Origin: Eledone cirrhosa
Lineage: Eukaryota
Length of the DNA stretch: 64,000 nucleotides
NCBI GenBank assembly: GCA_964016885.1
Contig: OZ024740.1
Span: 291,896,001-291,960,000, forward strand
Direction: 5' to 3'
Shown: one piece after another, positions 38,938 to 51,696 of the stretch
Numbering within the stretch: the stretch's first letter is position 1
Layout: every line of letters begins with the position of its first letter
The notes under the pieces: model-generated
Seen by the model: only the letters and a program-made list of their open reading frames with translations
Database searches by the model: none
What the model was told of the DNA's origin: nothing
Translations under genes and position numbers: made by a program

Positions 38938-40683
38938 ATGAATTGTGAAGGAAAATCTACTGCAGTAATGAACACAAAGAAATTAGTGACCAAAAGCAAC
39001 AGTGGAAGGCCTGTAATGTTTGATTTCCACAAAAAAAATTTCCCTTTTCAAAACCATTTTAGTAAATATTTAAAAAACTATAATACAGAAAATTCTGGTA
39101 AAAAATGTTTTTTGAAGCCATTTTTTTATTCCAAAGGTCTTTCAAAGAATTTAAAAATACATTTCTTATATGAATGCACTTTCTGTCAAAAACTTTTTGC
39201 ACACAATAGCAACCTAAACAGACACATGATGGTACATTCAGATGAGAAATTGTTCCAATGTAATCTTTGTGAAAAATTTTTTACATCATCGAGTAATTTA
39301 GGCACGCATTTAGGAAACCATTCAGGAACCCAAATGACAAAAAGCCCTTTTAAATGTGGATATTGTAAAAAGATATTTACAAAATCAAATGAACTTATCA
39401 AACATATTGAGTTACACACAAAACAAAATGCTAACCAACAAAAAACGAACTGCTCTTTGAAAGCTGATTCTTTAAGTGAAGGATTTAAGAGTTGTCTGGG
39501 CACAAAATACATTGGTGAACAGTCAATGTCAGCCAAAGATAACTGTAGTTTTGATCAACATTACAAACCTGACCATACGTACTGTTTCAATACCAACCAG
39601 GAGTTGAATGATGGCAACAAAACAAATCTACTTCCATTTGCTGACAATAGCAAGTGCAGTTCAAGTACTATTGAGAAAAGCCAGTTACAACCAGACCACA
39701 CATATTGGTCACATGCTAAAAAATCTCGCTTCTGTAAAAGAAAAGTAAAATCTTCACATTTCAGTAAAGAACCTCCATTGAATCAGTCAGGTTTCAAGAA
39801 ACCTAATATTGAATCTGACCATACATATAGTTCGGGTTCTTGTTCTGACATACTTTGGGATAAGTTACATTTAGAACCTTTGACTTGTAATAATGCAGTT
39901 GTGCCTGAAAAAAATGTAAGAAAGTTAAAACCTGACCACACATACAGCATTGGAGTTCATGATAACCAAAACACAAATACTCAAGAGGATTCATATTTGC
40001 AGGATATACACCATTCCCATACAGATAGTCATGGCAGTAATTCTAGAAAGACTGCATCTCTGAACACCCAGCATAACCAGTCACATACAGATTGTAATGG
40101 CAGTAATTCTAGAAAGACTGCACCTCTGAACACTCATTGTAACCAGTCACATACAGATAGTAATGGCAGTAATTTTAGAAAGACTACACCTCTGAACACT
40201 CAACATAACCAGTCACATACAGATAGTAATAGCAGTAATTCTAGAAAGACTATACCTTTGAATACCCAGCAAAACCAAAACTGTCAACAAGTTAACACAC
40301 CTCTGAAAAAGTCAAGTAAAAACAATTGCATTGATCAACCAGTTGAAACAGCAATACATTGTTCAAATGTCTCTAAACCTGACCACACATATTCTCATAA
40401 AAAAGTTATTTCTAATATGAATAATTTAAAAACATTTGGAAGTAGGTCAGTTAAAACAGACTGGGATAAATTTACTCTTCAAGCTGCAAAAGAAAATCAG
40501 CCTTCTTTTGATCATACATATTGTTCTGATGCTAAACTTCAAAAAGAACCTGATGGGAAAGGTACTGCTGATCATACTTACTGTCTGGAGGAAGATGATT
40601 TTATTTGCTCACACAACTGGAATGCAAACATGATGTTAGATCACACATATTGTATGATGCATGCAGTCACACGTCACTTTTGA
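38938..40683 (+). CDS. C2H2 zinc-finger protein (3 intact fingers) with 8 DHTY (HCF-1-binding-like) motifs and a 22-aa tandem repeat
   Basis: 581-aa intact ORF in very AT-rich DNA. Fingers: YECTFC..HMMVH, FQCNLC..HLGNH, FKCGYC..HIELH. Upstream acceptor ...TATTTCAG at 38763. AATAAA at 40816. Confidence 0.88.
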   Translation: MNCEGKSTAVMNTKKLVTKSNSGRPVMFDFHKKNFPFQNHFSKYLKNYNTENSGKKCFLKPFFYSKGLSKNLKIHFLYECTFCQKLFAHNSNLNRHMMVHSDEKLFQCNLCEKFFTSSSNLGTHLGNHSGTQMTKSPFKCGYCKKIFTKSNELIKHIELHTKQNANQQKTNCSLKADSLSEGFKSCLGTKYIGEQSMSAKDNCSFDQHYKPDHTYCFNTNQELNDGNKTNLLPFADNSKCSSSTIEKSQLQPDHTYWSHAKKSRFCKRKVKSSHFSKEPPLNQSGFKKPNIESDHTYSSGSCSDILWDKLHLEPLTCNNAVVPEKNVRKLKPDHTYSIGVHDNQNTNTQEDSYLQDIHHSHTDSHGSNSRKTASLNTQHNQSHTDCNGSNSRKTAPLNTHCNQSHTDSNGSNFRKTTPLNTQHNQSHTDSNSSNSRKTIPLNTQQNQNCQQVNTPLKKSSKNNCIDQPVETAIHCSNVSKPDHTYSHKKVISNMNNLKTFGSRSVKTDWDKFTLQAAKENQPSFDHTYCSDAKLQKEPDGKGTADHTYCLEEDDFICSHNWNANMMLDHTYCMMHAVTRHF

Positions 40684-40930
40684 ATGAAGATCTCATTTCA
40701 AAAGTAGGTTTTTAGACATATTTAAAAATTCTAAGGATGTATTTTATTGTTTGACATGAACCTGAAATATATTTGCTCTTTTAAAGATCAAATTTTGCTA
40801 TGCAAAAATGTTGAAAATAAAATATAGATTTTTTCAAGAATATTACAATTATGTTTCTTATTTTCATTTTGCAATTTTATCAATTTATTAATTTTATTTA
40901 TACTGTGTAAACTCTAATTATTAAATATAT

Positions 40931-40970
<40 letters not shown>

Positions 40971-40974
40971 CTGA

Positions 40975-42560
40975 GGGAGAAACTAGGTTTAAGAGAAATC
41001 TGAGGTAGTGTGCAGGAGAGAAGATTGCATTGGTATGGATATGTGATGTGCATGGATGATGATTGATGGGTGAAGAAGTGCCAGGAAATCCCAGTTGAGA
41101 GAAGCCATCATAGAGGAAGACCAAGAAACACCTGGGCAGAGGTGGTGAGAGCAGACCTCAAATCACAGACTCACGGTAGAGTGATACTGTGTTGAAAAGG
41201 ACCTGTCCAACCCATGCAAGTGTGGAAAAATGGACATAAAAACGATGATGATGGTGATGATTGTACAGAAACAGCGAAAGATTCAACTGAAGCTGCATGA
41301 GTGTATGTAACCAAATCAGACATGTAAACTATGTAAACATCACATTTATATATTTCTCCATAGACTGAAAGTGATGAACAGCCTCCCAGAGGTTCTGATT
41401 CTGGTTGGAATCTCATCAAAAGTCTATATCAATGATTATCATCATCATCATTTTTACATGTTTTTTTATGTATGCATAGCTTGAATGAGGTTTCTCCACC
41501 ACAACTCCACTTCTCTTGTATCATGTTTCTCCAGCATAGCTCTCCTCCTCTTGTATGGTGTTTCTCCAGCATAGCCCTCCCTTCTTTTTGTATTCTTTCA
41601 TCATCCTTTTTGTGAAGTTCAACATTTTAAGATCAGTTCTCACCATTTTGTCCAGGTTTTTCTCAGTCTTCCTCTCCTGGGAACTTTTGGAACTTCTTTA
41701 CCCAATGATCATCATCCATACACATCACATGTCCATACCAGCACAATATCATCTCTTGCACACTGCATCTGATTTCCCTCGTGTCCAGTTTTTCTCTCAT
41801 GCTATCTGGGTTTCATTGTTAATGCACACTAACATTACACATCTAATAGAGCATGCTTGATTTGTTCCTCACCAGCCTTCACATATCCTCTGCAGTCACT
41901 GCCCATGTCTCATTGCTATACAACATCATCACAGGCATCATACAATTTACTCTTCACTCAAAGAGAAATTCCATTTGTTGCCAACAGAGGTAGTAGCTTC
42001 CTGAACTTTTTCCACTTTTTCCACCTTGTTCTTATTCTAGCTACTATGTTTTCAGAGCAATCTCATTTCACTTCAAATTCGATCTCTATGGAACCTTGCC
42101 ACGATTGGGAAAAATTTATTTCCTGATGCTCTTACTTTCAACTAATCCTATACACCTGGCATATATAAAGTCTACCTCTGTTAGCTTGCCTGTGATTCCA
42201 CTATATCACTTGTGTACCTATGTTTTACATTGAGTACACCATATAAAACTTCTTTTTTGCATATTGAGCATGGTAATTTTCCAGTTGGTATCAGTCTTGT
42301 CTTCTTTTCTACTTACTAAAACTTTGGTTTTTGCTAAGTTTACTCTAAGCCTTTTTGATTTTAGGTTGGTTCTACTGAAATTTCTCTTCTAAATCTTCCA
42401 CAGATTGGTTTATAAAAACTTTTATCAGCATAAAAAAAGTTACCACAGACAGTCTTTAATTTCTCTGTTATAGCCTGGAAAGCTACAACAATCTGGAATT
42501 GACTGAGGTCAGAGCCTTGATGAGCATTTAACTGCTCATTTCATTTCCTTACTAAACTTA
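40975..42560. mobile_element. Old degenerate RTE fragments (40975-41260 +, 41640-42560 -)
   Basis: Recognisable RTE C-terminal and RT remnants and a CCAACCCATGCAAG...GATGAT tail. Confidence 0.6.
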
Positions 42561-43789
42561 TTGCCTTCTCAGAAAAATTGTTATTTTAAATTTTTGTAAT
42601 CTATCAGTGGTAGGAAGGGCCTCCAGCATAAAAATCTTGCCAAACAAAAAGGTTTGGAGGACCCTCAGTTGTGTCAAAGATATGACAACTGTGGGCTGCA
42701 TGCGACCCTTTACAAGCACACCTGCGGCCCACACAAAAACTTTTACAGTGCGAGCCTGTTTTATCTTTGTAATGTAAAATGGAAAAAAAATAGTTGTAAT
42801 GTGCGCAATTAGTTGTCATGTGTGGCCCTCAGACAAAACATATGTGACCCATGTATCCTTCGGGGGACCCTCAATTTGACATGCCTGCCCTAGAGGAGGT
42901 TGTGCAACTGACCGTTGTGAGGAAACACTGTGGCGGGAAAGTCAAATACTGAATTTAAGTTCTCAACCAGACAAATACAAAATTGCCAAAAAAAAAATAT
43001 AAATCAAATTAAATTCTTCTTCTTCGCTTACTTATTCTTGAGAGGTTCGTGGAGGAAGAGTCCTCAAACACTCCTTCCAGAGGATCCTGTCAGAAGCAAC
43101 CATCTCCAACTGATCCAGCTGGATCCCCAAGCGAGATCAGCCAAGCTAATGGATGTTATTCAACCATTTTGCATGAGGTCTACTCCTGGGTCACCTGCCG
43201 GCTGGTTTCGCCTGTCCAGCGATTCTTTCCGGAGACATTCTAACCACAGCCTCATAGTATCGGAGCTGTGATCTCTCAATTCGGAGAAGTATTGCTTCTA
43301 CCTGGAGTGATTCTCTGATTTCCGAGCTACGCACTCTATAAAGTAATGTACTTAATTAAAAAGAAAAAATACATTCAACTTACATTCATCTATATGTGTG
43401 TGTGTATATATATCATCATTTCATTTATAACTCTTGTGCTATGAGGCACCATACTTTTTCCTTGATGTCTCAAAATTGTGTGTCTACTTGTAGCTTAATT
43501 GCTATAAATTTATGGTTTGTCTCTTGTCTCTAACTCCACTAGACAGCATTTGGCTTATGTCAGATGCTGTGACTCCTTGTGGATCAGCAGTACCATTGGT
43601 AGGTGTCAAACCTGCCAAAGTCCATCTCAACAACTGATGGCCCTGGAGTTCTGTGTCTTTTATTTGTATGTTTATTTCCGAAAAATAAATTTTTAAGGTT
43701 TCCCCTTAAAAAATTGTTTATCATTTTGCCTTGTCCTCTCTTTCTTTATTCTTTTAAGTTTATGTATATATATATTTGAAGAACATATG

Positions 43790-44600
43790 ACTCAGTATGG
43801 ATACTCCCGTCACCCATCACTTCCGTTCTCCAGGTCACTCTTCCTTACATGTCTCAGTCTTTGGTGTCCTTTTTACATCATGGATCATAGGCCTCACACA
43901 CCAAGACTGAACAGTCTGATTTTCCGCCTTGGGTCCTGTTTCCCTAATGGACTCAACTCCCCTCCGCAATTTCTTTAATATTACACATATACGTTCATGC
44001 TTACTTTTCTACCCCTCGCCCCCCTCCGTTATCGCACACAAACACTTGTACATTCACCTCTAGATTCTTACGGTTCTCTTATGGTCAGAAACACATATTC
44101 TTACATCTGATACAGACCAACTAAATATGCGCACACACACCTCTACTCTTCCCTTTACAGCTCTGTATATGGGAGTGTGTGTGTGTGTGTGCCTTATATT
44201 AACATATCTTTGCTCACAGCTTCGTACTTACAAGCTTTCACACACACTCTTTTACTTACATACCTCACACACGCATATCCTCTTACCATCGTACGGACGT
44301 ACACACACACACAAACGTACGCACGCGCACACATAGCTCTATATACAAAACGGTCTTTTTTCCCTTTCATCATCCACTTTTCTAAAAATGTATATCATAC
44401 ACAAAACGCCAGCATCCACAGTTTTCCAAGAGATGGCAACATGAATGGACCTGTTATTTTTTCTCTAAATACACTTTTTCCGATTCCGCTCTGCCCGTCC
44501 CTTCAATCTTTCTAATGTCTCATTCTTTCTTCTGATGAAGGACTAGCGTTCGAAGCATTAAACTAATATATTCCTTCCATATACTGTACCGTTTGTGTTA
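43790..44600 (+). mobile_element. Penelope-like element 3' remnant (GIY-YIG C-terminus plus degenerate hammerhead)
   Basis: TPVTHHFRSPGH...LIFRLGSCFPNGLN resembles the PLE endonuclease end. CTGATGA-AGGAC-TAGC-GTTC-GAAG at 44532. Related degenerate hammerhead at about 54385-54425 (-). Confidence 0.6.
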
Positions 44601-45975
44601 TTATTTCTGTTTACCTTTTACACACTCACACATATATGGAGCGAGAGAGTCCTAGTCTTCATTAAGACATCTCTTTAGGAGAAGGTCACTCTGATATAAA
44701 ACCTGCGACTTCGTTTCCATCCAATGATGTAGACCAGTTCTTTTTGGATAAATGCATTCGATGTTCAGAGAGTGGGATTGGCTCCGTGTAAAGCCTCTCC
44801 TCACTTAAAAAAAAAGCTTCAAGCGCAATCATCGCTTGATATGTGACATTTATTGCAATGCATGGTATTGTTGGCCATAGACAAGTCCCTAGCAGGATTG
44901 AAAAGCCACATCTGTGATGTTCATACTTAAGTATCAAGCGATGGCATTACTCGCGAGTTGCAGCCATCATATATATATTTATAAAACACTGAGGCATATA
45001 TGTTGATGTTCAATTGTTCATTAATTGATTAATCAATTGATTCCGGCATGCATTTCGATGAATTACGTAGTAGCCTATTAAATCTGGATTATTACATAAT
45101 CGATTATTTCATACTGCCCGGTATTAATTTTTCAACATCCCTTTCAAGAAATTCCCAAAATTAATATTTTCAAAATCAGGAAATGAGATTGAAATACGTA
45201 TATTCATTCATTCTCTCACACACACACACACTTAAGTATCAATTACTTAAGTGCGCGCGCACACACACACACTTCAAATTCAAAAGATATATTTAGAGAA
45301 AGAGAAAGAGTTATATGTTATCACCAATTTACGAATTATTCATTTCTTATATTATAAGTTTATCTTTATCACAATAAGAAGTGTTGGAGTTTCTTCCCAA
45401 TAAGTTTTGAGGCAAGTCAACACGCAGCATTGCTACGGGTGATAGTGAGGTTAAGCCACTAGAATAGCCAAACACCCTTCCAGGCATCACCTGATACATT
45501 GGTAAGGCAGAGCCACAAACAATAACAAGAACTACATTGTCAGGGACCCAATTACTCCAAATATCTCGAACACCACAGGTTAAAAAAATAATTGTTTCTA
45601 CTTTAGGCACAAGGCCAGCAATTACCCAGTGCATTTAAAAAAATGTTTGCTAATAATTTTGTGATCTTCATCTTTATTGCAACATCCATGACGAGGAAAG
45701 ATATTTAAAAGAAATAGTGAAGTTTAAAAATATAGCATCACGAATTTTATAATAAATATTCAGAATAAAGATTATCCATGTAAGAACACCCCCTCGCCCA
45801 AACCTTAACCAGGAATATTAAATACTGTAAAACTAAGCAGGGGAGATGACTCCAGCATGATCAACTAGTTCGGAAAATATATAGATCGGAGTGGATCTTA
45901 TCGTCATATTCAACAGGTAAAAAACAACAGATACTATAGAAATTTTATCAAAACAGGCTAGGTAAGTATATTTAG

Positions 45976-47168
45976 GTACAGTCGCTTTGGTGTCGCAGTT
46001 TAGGTGATGCCGTTTCGGCGTAAAACCTATTTGGCGAGAAAATTGCTTTTATTGTATATTCGCCTTCTAAACCTTATTTACGTTGTATCAATGTATCAAT
46101 ATATAAATCTTTTCAATTAACTTATATTTAAAAAAAAAATATTATAGGAAGGCTCCGGCACCCCTTGTGGTATGTGCCCGATTGACACACTTACTGTTGA
46201 CTTAATATTTGGTTTTGATTCTATATTTTCGTGTGAAATATTCATATAATTAAGATATGTGTATGTGTTGAATTTTCATATAATTAAGATGTGTATGTGT
46301 TGAATGTTGACAACTATGGCATTTGTGTTTGTAATTTCAAGCAATCTATACTGTTAGCATATTTGTTTTGGGAAAACTGTGAACTTTGCTATTACGTAGT
46401 TTCATGTACATCGTTTATTTCGATATATCAATCAATTGTTATTAAATATTGATTGGTGGCGAATTGGTAGAGTCGCTAGAACGTCGGATAGATTACTGTG
46501 GTATTTGTTTTGGCTCTCTTCTCTCTGAGTTCAAATCCCACCAGGGTTAACTTTGTCTTTCATCCATTCGAGGTCGATAAAAAAAAAGTAACGGTCTAAT
46601 ACTGGGGTCGATTCTTCCTCTATATCTCTTTCTCACTTCCATTCTCTCACGCTCTCTCTATCTTTCTCTGGAAGAAATCTGTTGTATTCAGACCTGGAAA
46701 GGAGATGTTTTAAAAATGCCATATGTCAATACGGCGCCCCTACAACTCCCTCAGGAGATACGGAACCATGCATACATGTAATGAATATTTTTCTGCAAGA
46801 GAAAGATCGAACCAAACGTTGTTAGACATCTCCGAAAGGATATTTCATTGTACATTTATGTCATTTAAAGGGAAATAACTTAATCTTTTAGCAATTTTAT
46901 CATTTTCATTTAATTTTAATGTTTCTGTCTGTTATGTGTATGCAGAGAGTGCAAGTGTTTGTGCATATCGCATTCATGTTCAATGCATTTTAATCTTTTC
47001 TCTCCTTTTTTCCTCTTCTCCCCCATTTCGCTCTCTTTCTCCTCTCTCTTTATTTATCTGTTCCTTTGTATGTGTATGTATGTGTGTGTGTCTGCATGTG
47101 CGTGTGTATTAATGCTTGTATGTATGTATGTCTGTCTTCAACACAAAATCTCCTGTATCAACCAGGTT

Positions 47169-47199
<31 letters not shown>

Positions 47200-47238
47200 C
47201 TGTCTTCAACACAAAATCTCCTGTATCAACCAGGTTCA

Positions 47239-47271
<33 letters not shown>

Positions 47272-47630
47272 CTGTCTTCAACACAAAATCTCCTGTATCA
47301 ACCAGGTTCATGTGTGTGTGTGTGTGTGTGTGTATGTGTCTGTCTTCAACACAAAATCTCCTGTATCAATCAGGTTCATTTTCATTCCTCACCTGTTTGA
47401 CGTCAAATCATTCTGTCAACTGGGATCGTTTTCTATACATTTTGTTTCTCTCTTTTTCTTCCTGTATTAACGTTTCTCTTCCCATTTCCCCTCTTTCCCG
47501 TGTCTGCTTTCAGTTCCAAATAGTCCGCCATCTAACTGGTTTGGCATCAATATGACCGCGCCAAATAGGTGGTGCCAAAGCGACCGTGCAAAGTAGGTGG
47601 CGCCAAAACGGCTACGCCTAATCATGCCAT
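45976..47630. mobile_element. Possible DNA transposon with sub-repeated GC-rich inverted ends
   Basis: GTACAGTCGCTTTGGTGTC at the left is inverted relative to GGTGCCAAAGCGACCGTGC at the right. About 15-bp GCGCCAAA sub-repeats. No clear TSD. Confidence 0.4.
47130..47378. repeat. Compound tandem repeat (40-bp core plus (TG)n), 4 copies
   Basis: TCTGTCTTCAACACAAAATCTCCTGTATCAACCAGGTTCA repeated. Confidence 0.9.
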
Positions 47631-49204
47631 TTCATTATTAGATCTCAGCGAAGCACATTCTAATCAAATCTTAGAAGAGGTTTCTATTATATATGAGTTA
47701 AGTACGTTTTGGCACGTGATCAGTATTTATAATAATAGTTTCTGATTTAGGCACAAGGCCAACAATTTTTTTAGGGGGGAGGGGGATCGATTAAATCGAC
47801 TGTGCATTACTGGTACTTTATTAGTAATGCATTGGGTCGATTTAATTGACTTTCCCCTCCTCCAAATGTGTTTATACATGTTAAATGGGTGGAGGAAGTG
47901 TTAATAAGAAAAAGAAAAGTTTTGATGCGAAGGGAAGTGAGAGAGAGATGAAAAGTGAAAGAGAGAAAAGTGTGCGGTAGGAGGGGAAGTGAGAGAGAGA
48001 AAAGTGTTGATGGGAGGGAAAATGAGAGAGAGAAGTGTTGATGGGAGGGGCAGTGAGAGAGAGAGGTGAGAGGGAGAAAAACGTCGATGGGGAGGGAGGG
48101 GTAAGTAATAACATTGTGAGATAGAAAGCGGTTGAGGAAAGAGAAAAATGAGACGGAACGCTACTTATGCACACACACACACACACGTGATATACTGAGA
48201 ACTGTAACTGGAGACGTTATCTGTAGGAATATTGGTTAATGCACGTAATGGTGCTGACAAGGAGGGGGAGGCGAAGACTAATTTTTTTCAGTAATATAAA
48301 TTTTTAAAAAGAATTACTTATTATTTAACGCGTGCGCTTTAGTTAGTGCATTTAACAAAACAGGTTGAAACAACGATGAACTATTATATATATATACATA
48401 TACAGTGTCTCAAAAAGATGTATACACACTTCAACAGCTTGGGACACCCAGTATATATGCAGGCATGGAGGAGTTTGCTTCGCAACCAGTCGATTCTGAT
48501 TTCTGCCTGGCACCTTGGGCAAGTGTCTTCTGCTATAGCCTTGGATTGACTAATGTCTTTTGAGTGGAATCCGGCAAACGAAAACTGTAGAAGTTGCCGT
48601 AAACATACAATTGCCTTACTAAATCTCTCTTCTCTCACACGCATGCATGCATGTGTGTATGCATGCATGTGTGTGTGTGTGTGTGTGTGTGTGTTCGAGG
48701 TCAATAAAAAGTTACCAGTCAAGTACTGGGGTCGATTCTGCCTCTATATATCTTTCTTACTTCCTCTCTATCATGCCTTTCCTTAGTCTGGAAGAAAGTA
48801 ACAGTATTCAGATCTGGAGGAGATAAGTTCTGCCAGGTTTTAACAAAATGCTCAAGAAACGGGTCCAGAAAGTTTAATTGCCAGCTCGAGTTTGATAATT
48901 TCCCTCCAAATTATGTTTGATGTATCACATTGTCAATACAGCTTATATAATGAATAAGACAATGTAGATATATAAAGTAAAAGAGAGAGAGAAAAAAAAG
49001 GAGTAAAAATGGAGATGGGTTAAATAAGACCCGCACACTCAATCATACACCATAACAAGGAGCGCTGAAGCTCCCTTCTAAAAGATTTTGAGGCAAGACA
49101 ATACACTCGCAGCAAGCCAACAATTATCCTTAACTAAGACACAGCAGTTTATTTTAAAGTTTAGTTTACATTTCTGGATGTTTTGGGGTTTTTTTTAGGG
49201 GCTA

Positions 49205-49702
49205 CTCTCGGGTCCCAAATAATAGGGGTGGAATAACAGGGGGTAGGCGGTTTGGAAAATCAGTAATTTTTCTGTCGTCTCCGTTATTGAGACCCCGCCC
49301 ATCCTATACATTTTATAACGTATGGTATTTCTAGTAATGTACTTTTTTTGTCATGTATAACAGGCATGTCAAACTGAGGGTGCCCCGAGGGCCACATGGG
49401 TCACATATGTGTTGTCTGAGGGCCACACAACTAATTGAGTACATTACAACTAATTTTTTTAATTTTATTTTTACGCTGTAAAAACCGTTGTGCGGGCCGC
49501 AGGTGTGCTTGTAAAGGGATGCATGCAGCCCGCGGGCCCATGTTTGACATGAAATGTATAATGTTTTTTGATGTTTAAAGAAAATTAAAATAAAATTTCG
49601 TCGGAGTTAGGTTAGAAAAATTGAATAAGCTAGCCGGAGGATTGGAAAAAATTTGAAAATTTAATAAGCGCAGGAAAGGGGCGATTATTCGAGACTCGAG
49701 AG
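49205..49702. mobile_element. TA-flanked Tc1/mariner-type MITE containing a nested hAT MITE
   Basis: TIRs CTCTCGGGTCCCAAATAA / TTATTCGAGACTCGAGAG with TA on both sides. Confidence 0.7.
49361..49553 (+). mobile_element. hAT-type MITE
   Basis: TIR CAGGCATGTCAAAC / GTTTGACATG and 8-bp TSD ATGTATAA (49353-49360, 49554-49561). Second copy at 42666-42887 (-). Confidence 0.8.
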
Positions 49703-49929
49703 TACATATTTTAATAGGAGTCAGTCAAGTTTGTGAACATCCATAGCAATTATATAAAGTTGTTGACATACTCTTGTTAGAGTTGGGGTGGGCTAGGTTT
49801 CAGAAATAGCTACCATCTCGTCACATTCAAAATTAAACTTTATACTTTCGAGTTCAGTATGGAGAACTAATGTAAATTTGACAATACAGTTCAAACATAT
49901 ACTTTAATGATGTTCTCTAGCTGCCTGTT

Positions 49930-49970
49930 CCAATAACACAAACCGTATACTCCACCTCCACATGACGTCA
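49930..49970 (+). promoter_or_regulatory. Candidate proximal promoter elements: CCAAT (49930) and full CRE palindrome TGACGTCA (49963-49970)
   Basis: Motifs lie about 200 bp upstream of the putative signal-peptide ATG. Confidence 0.4.
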
Positions 49971-50164
49971 GTAAATTATTTCTCTATCCACCCCTTTTTC
50001 TCCTAGCTTTATTCTGTATATATCTTTTTCTCTCTCTCCCTATCTCTCCGCCTCTTACCCGTTTTTAGATTTTATTTTTTATTATTGTTACTATTATTAT
50101 TTTTCCACTCCAGACTACTGACATCACTTTTCGTTTTTTTCGTTTAGCTTGTAGTCGTTTCAAC

Positions 50165-50225
50165 ATGAAGTCTTCTCAGATTATCACTGTCTTTATATTT
50201 CTCATCACTCTGTGGGTCAAATCAG
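50165..50225 (+). CDS. Probable first coding exon encoding a signal peptide (MKSSQIITVFIFLITLWVKS) of a secreted or membrane protein
   Basis: CAACATG start context, basic residue followed by a hydrophobic core, and a consensus donor TCAG|GTAAGT (phase 1, typical after signal-peptide exons). No downstream exon identified in the window. Confidence 0.6.
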
Positions 50226-51283
50226 GTAAGTTCTTATACAACACTTTGGTTAATTTCCTTTCACAAATGTGATAAACGGAAACTTTATTGAAAAAAAAAA
50301 ATAGACATTAATTTGAAAAGAAATTTCTATATTTTCTCCTTTCCTCTTTCCTTCCAACTATCTGGAATTTAATTGAAGAACATTTTAAATTTGATATTTT
50401 CATTGTTTCTTTAATTAGCCGGTTAAACAATAACTACTGAGCTCTACATTAAATGATGTTGTTTTAAGAATCACGTGGTTAAATGAATATGTAAATGACA
50501 TTTAAGCTAACAACGAATACCGCTGCATCATTTATCTCAACTTCAGTAGAAGAACAAGCTGTCTGGCCTACCTTTAGAAAATATATATCGCACCTATGTA
50601 AACTGTATAAAGTTTGTGCGCATTAACCCTCTCTCTCTTGCAACATTCTCTGTCTTTCTGTTTCTGTAACTCTCTATCTCATCTCTCTCTGCCTGTCTCT
50701 CATTCTCTCTCTCTCAACATACACATGAGGATTTACATATAGGATAGTAAATTTATATTTTGTTAGCAAACATTAGATTTTATGGTGTTTTAAGTTTGGT
50801 AGATTTTTACTTCTCATAGATGTTTGCTATATCATTACAATGGAAAATTTTCAAAAATATTCTCAAAGTAACCTTGAGAGAGAATAACAAAACCAAAAAA
50901 AGTTTGTGTATAAATATGTCTATAAATATATCTATAATCTATAACTATATATATATAGTAATGATAAACACAAAGACCAACACCCAAAGAGGTCTCGATA
51001 AGGGTTGTATATCTACTATATAAACCCGTTGAGCAAATATTTATTAGTACAGATTAAAACTTTTAGCAGAAATTCATTGCTTAAACTTTTAATCTGTACT
51101 ACTACTGCTACCGCTGCTGCTACTACTACTGCTAATGCTGCTGCTGCATATATATATATATATATTAATATATATATATATTATATATATATATATAATT
51201 TATATATATATATATTATATATTATATATATATACATAATATATATATGGAAAAAAATGAAACGAAATTTCATTACATACTTA

Positions 51284-51328
<45 letters not shown>

Positions 51329-51499
51329 TATATTATACAATGATATTAAATAAATGGAAACTATATTTATAAAACCATATTTATTCTATTATATATATTT
51401 CAAGGGTACCAAAAACCTTGGATAAAGACTTTCCAGGGATAACTTGAACCGTTAAGGTATATTATCCTTGGTCATGTCAAATATTTATAAAACATTTTG

Positions 51500-51561
51500 T
51501 ATTTTATCTGATGATAGCGTACCAAAATTTTTGGTACCCTTGAAATATATATAATAGAATA
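51500..51561 (+). ncRNA. Minimal type I hammerhead ribozyme (Penelope-like)
   Basis: Stem I TATTTTAT/ATAGAATA, CTGATGA (51508), stem II GTACCA/TGGTAC, GAAA (51542), palindromic ATATATAT stem III, UA site. Confidence 0.72.
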
Positions 51562-51696
51562 AATATGGTTTTATAAATATAGTTTCCATTTATTTAATAT
51601 CATTGAATACTTACTCCAGAAACTTGTCGAGTGCTCTGAATCAGTTATAAACATCTATATTTGTTGGATTTCCAACAAATAAAACATCTCTTCTAC

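Noticed and set aside
47130-47378. CRISPR-like repeat-spacer appearance (40-bp repeat, 4 copies)
   Set aside because: Spacers are just (TG)n microsatellite, the context is eukaryotic and there are no cas genes.
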